From an uncultured virus (IMG/VR IMGVR_UViG_2848843299_000006) (lineage: Duplodnaviria > Heunggongvirae > Uroviricota > Caudoviricetes), in the IMG/VR virus record IMGVR_UViG_2848843299_000006: a DNA stretch of 64,000 nt; one strand, given 5' to 3'. Below the pieces are notes generated by a model. The model saw nothing but the letters and a program-made list of their open reading frames with translations, did no database searches and had not been told where the DNA came from. Below are positions 60,807 through 64,000 of this stretch, piece by piece. A program made the position numbers and the translations under genes. Position 1 is the first letter of the stretch; each line of letters opens with the position of its first letter.

Positions 60807-60983
60807 ATGAAAACTAAACCTTGTCGCGCTGCGTGCGGTTCTGACGTGGCGTGCATCTCTATGCCATTTTTACGCCTTGCCCGATGTGCGGCAAGGGTAG
60901 CGATATCCACCGGAAAGTCCCGCATTTGGGATCTGGCTAACCAATTACAGATGAGAGCTTACGGGAGAAAGATATGTCGCTGA
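60807..60983 (+). CDS. Small protein, possibly Kil-like
   Basis: 58 aa; LRLARCAARVAISTGKSRIWDLA; pL-operon position; absent from ORF track. Confidence 0.35.
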   Translation: MKTKPCRAACGSDVACISMPFLRLARCAARVAISTGKSRIWDLANQLQMRAYGRKICR

Positions 60984-61307
60984 TGACTGCAAAACAAAAA
61001 CACGCCAAAGAACAGGTTATTGAGTTGTTCAATCAGGCTGACATGGATGAAAAGCATATAGAGCAGATTGTGTCGGAGTGGCGTTGGCGCAGGGAGAACG
61101 CTAAAACAAGCCGCATTCTCCATCAATGCAGAATGAGGCTACCGGCATGAACACATACACAATACAGGATGCTCAGATAGAACGGCAACGGATTGCCGAA
61201 CAGCGCAGGAAACGAGAGCAGAAAGAAAATGATGATTACTGGTTTCGTGAAAGTGTCGGATTGCCAAACGGACGGGTACCGGCAGAATTTTTAAGCGGAG
61301 AATTCAC

Positions 61308-61670
61308 ATGATGGAATATCCACGCCGCATAGGGAAACGTTCAGGCTCCGGCGGGACGTATGATGAAAATTATCAACGCGCCCTGAAATCAGCAATTGAG
61401 CAAATGGATTTGCAACGGCGGGGGAAACCGACCGGAGAGCCTTCACTGTCAGAGCAACGGGTTGCCGAGACACTTTACAACATCTGCCGTATCACCGCCC
61501 TTCATTATCCCCCACTACCTGAAAACATCAAAGCAGCACGGAATGCTGCTGAGACACAGGCGTGGAGAGAATGGAGGACAGAACATGGAAAAGCTACTGG
61601 TGTCGGTGGTGTTGATTATTACGGCGGTGGGCGTGCGGAATCACGCCCTGGCCAAAGATTGGGGGATTAA
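61308..61670 (+). CDS. Hypothetical early-left protein
   Basis: Coupled ORF upstream of erf. Confidence 0.6.
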   Translation: MMEYPRRIGKRSGSGGTYDENYQRALKSAIEQMDLQRRGKPTGEPSLSEQRVAETLYNICRITALHYPPLPENIKAARNAAETQAWREWRTEHGKATGVGGVDYYGGGRAESRPGQRLGD

Positions 61671-61672
61671 TC

Positions 61673-62287
61673 ATGTCTGAAGTCTATAAGGCAATAAGTG
61701 CCGTAGCCAAGGAACTGGCTGAGACAGGCATCAAAAAAGGGAGCAGGAATTCACAACAGGGGTTTATGTTCAGGGGTATCGACGCTGTATACAACGCACT
61801 TGCCCCGGCGCTGGTTAAGCATGGCCTGATTATCCTTCCTCGCATTATGGAGCGTTCTGTCACGGAGCGACAGACACAAAAAGGCGGCACCTTATTTTAT
61901 GTCGTGGTGAAGGCTGAGTTTGATTTCATTGCCACGGAAGACGGCAGCAAACACACAGTGACTACCTTTGGCGAAGCTATGGATAGCGGGGACAAGGCAA
62001 CCAACAAAGCAATGTCTATCGCCTATAAATACGCAGCTTTCCAGGCATTTTGCATTCCCACTGAAGAAACTGCAATTGATGCTGACGCAGAAGTTCACGA
62101 TGTTGCCCCGCGCAACCACGAGCAGATCCTGAGTGACTATACCGAATTTCTTAATGTCACAAGTGACACAAAGACGATTGAGGCTGAATACAGAAAAGTG
62201 TGGCAAATGCTGAACGGCAGCGACAAGCAGGATGAATGTAAACGACTCACCGGCATCAGGATCAACGAACTTAAGCAGGCGGCATAA
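61673..62287 (+). CDS. erf: ERF-family single-strand annealing protein
   Basis: FRGID.VYN.L.P.L..HGL..GEAMDSGDKA.NKAM..AYKYA..F.IPT..DAD. Confidence 0.88.
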   Translation: MSEVYKAISAVAKELAETGIKKGSRNSQQGFMFRGIDAVYNALAPALVKHGLIILPRIMERSVTERQTQKGGTLFYVVVKAEFDFIATEDGSKHTVTTFGEAMDSGDKATNKAMSIAYKYAAFQAFCIPTEETAIDADAEVHDVAPRNHEQILSDYTEFLNVTSDTKTIEAEYRKVWQMLNGSDKQDECKRLTGIRINELKQAA

Positions 62288-62677
62288 ATGACAATTAACG
62301 TAATTACAGTCAGCGGCAATCTCGGAAAGGATTGTGAGCAACGATGGACTCCGGCAGGGAAAGCCGTTGCATCGTTCAGTCTGCCGGTTAAACAGGGATA
62401 TGGCGAGCACGAAAAGACAACGTGGGTTATCTGCAAAATGTTCGGCGCAAAAGCCGAAAAATTACCGGAACACCTGAAAAAAGGAACGAAGGTGACGGTT
62501 ACTGGCGAGTTTATCATGGAGGAATGGACTGGTCAGGATGGCAATAAACGGTCAGCACCGGTGATTATCGTGAGCCAGTTGGATTTCAGCGGCAATCAGG
62601 CAGGAAGCCAGAAGCCACAGCAACCACCGGTACAGAATGATCCGCCAATGGATTTTGACGACGACATTCCGTTTTAA
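62288..62677 (+). CDS. ssb: Single-stranded DNA-binding protein
   Basis: GNLGKD.E.R.T..G; DFDDDIPF tail. Confidence 0.95.
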   Translation: MTINVITVSGNLGKDCEQRWTPAGKAVASFSLPVKQGYGEHEKTTWVICKMFGAKAEKLPEHLKKGTKVTVTGEFIMEEWTGQDGNKRSAPVIIVSQLDFSGNQAGSQKPQQPPVQNDPPMDFDDDIPF

Positions 62678-62723
62678 TAACCCCACCGTTTCAGGATGAA
62701 GCGTAATGCAAGGATGCTGAGGG

Positions 62724-62807
62724 TTATACATTCCATGCGCGTCGGATAATAAACGCTACAGCGACAACAGCAACGACAAACAACAAGCCTTCAATGAAGT
62801 AAATCAT
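62724..62807 (-). CDS. 27 aa single-TM peptide
   Basis: MIYFIEGLLFVVAVVAVAFIIRRAWNV with GGGGG RBS; absent from ORF track. Confidence 0.5.
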   Translation of the reverse strand: MIYFIEGLLFVVAVVAVAFIIRRAWNV

Positions 62808-63604
62808 AACGCCCCCGACAAATAAATAAGCCACCAGCGCTTTACGGAACACCGGTGGCTCAGTTGCTGCTTTGTTCGTATGTCATCAGATAGTTAGGTT
62901 GAAGTATCATTAATACCAATAACTATTGCACCCACAACAACTCGGAAAGAAAGCCACATCCCGACGAACAGACAACGTTCCGCTGGGACTGTAGCCTCTC
63001 GGGCTGCCTCCAGTCCTTAACTTAAATATATGGCAGGATTTAACCATTTCAAGTGAATTATAGTGATTAACTTCACAAGTTAGTCAGAAAATAAAATCTC
63101 ATTCCTGCACCAGCGTGACTTTCAATCTCGTTTTTACCAGCGAGAGATTCGCGTATGCAAAATTCAGCAAGTATTCAGACAAAAAATTGCCGGTACGTGA
63201 CATGACAATACCGGCAACCAAATGATTACATACAGATTTTATACCAACGGCATTACAATAATTGATGATAAATATAGCAATAATGATAATTACATGATAA
63301 ATAAGGAAATTCCAACTAACGCTGTGGCCGAATAATGCTTCCGATGCCAGTAAATGGTGTTACCCACGGTTGAGACCACCGTATACACCACCCAGCCACG
63401 ATTTAAATATAGTTATAATTACTGAAAGTGATAATACCAACATGAAAAAATGTGGAACACATCACAATATGACTAGTTTTCCGCGTAACTGAAAATTCAT
63501 AAGGGCTTATATGCTGATAATATAGTTTTATGATACTGAGAGTCAGAATACATTATTTGCACTTACCAATTGATATAATATTCCTGCCTTAATATGGAGG
63601 AATT

Positions 63605-63880
63605 ATGATAGTTGAATATCTTCTTATAAATAAAGATGGCTCATCCGAAGTTTATTATTTAGCTACTTCATTAGTTAAAAAAATCACTCTTACGCGAGGG
63701 ACATCGTTAACATCGAGCACCTCACATAATAACGGCGGAATTAAACACAGCAGGAACTTTAATTGCCATATTTCTCGCATACACAACAAATCTAGTGAAA
63801 TAGACTTTTTTGATGAGAACAAAATACATGAGCTAGTCATGGCTCATCAAATCAAGTCAATCCCTAACGAATTACTTTAA
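63605..63880 (+). CDS. Hypothetical protein (moron)
   Basis: GGAGG RBS, downstream terminator at about 63891-63911. Confidence 0.6.
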   Translation: MIVEYLLINKDGSSEVYYLATSLVKKITLTRGTSLTSSTSHNNGGIKHSRNFNCHISRIHNKSSEIDFFDENKIHELVMAHQIKSIPNELL

Positions 63881-64000
63881 AAATAGCTACCCTGCACCAG
63901 CAGGTTTTTTTATACCTAAAATTTAGAGCTAACCATGACAATCGGATTTGCATTACTACTGGTAATGCACGGTTCTGCTGTGCCTATAATTCACTTCTGA

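Noticed and set aside
63051..63996. 13 bp inverted repeat AAGTGAATTATAG / CTATAATTCACTT as IS or inversion ends
   Set aside because: Short, AT-rich, at the window edge, with no transposase between; cannot be evaluated.

Overview
The window holds two related lambdoid prophages in tandem, probably in a Morganellaceae host (inferred from the Uca-type fimbrial operon and the MrpJ-type regulators). The left element (1-11.4 kb) is a deletion-riddled relic. It keeps an HK97-type capsid fragment, a lysis cassette, stress morons (DUF4282, Hsp20, two Usp, Sel1, frameshifted lpxP, csp), Q, a broken ninG and the C-terminal part of a P22-type integrase. It ends at the 3' half of a tRNA-Thr(UGU) that has integrase arm-type repeats on both sides, i.e. 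an attP-like junction. The right element (11.4 to >64 kb) looks largely intact. From left to right it has an F17/Uca-type chaperone-usher operon with a second divergent adhesin, pliC, lambda-like tail genes, a head/terminase module, blc, lysis genes, psiE-lpxP-csp in the Q-to-holin slot, nin genes, two tRNAs on the opposite strand, O/DnaC replication, cII-cro-cI, N with P22-type nut sites, ERF and SSB. The most notable unannotated signals are non-coding: a Fur-boxed RyhB-like sRNA moron (3191-3276), and a kink-turn-containing structured RNA present as two diverged, covarying copies between the lysis and packaging genes of both prophages (about 770-930 and 43290-43425). There are also several ORF-less promoter-to-terminator units and a tRNA-Lys(CUU). 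All identifications come from reading the sequence and recalled family motifs; no searches were run.
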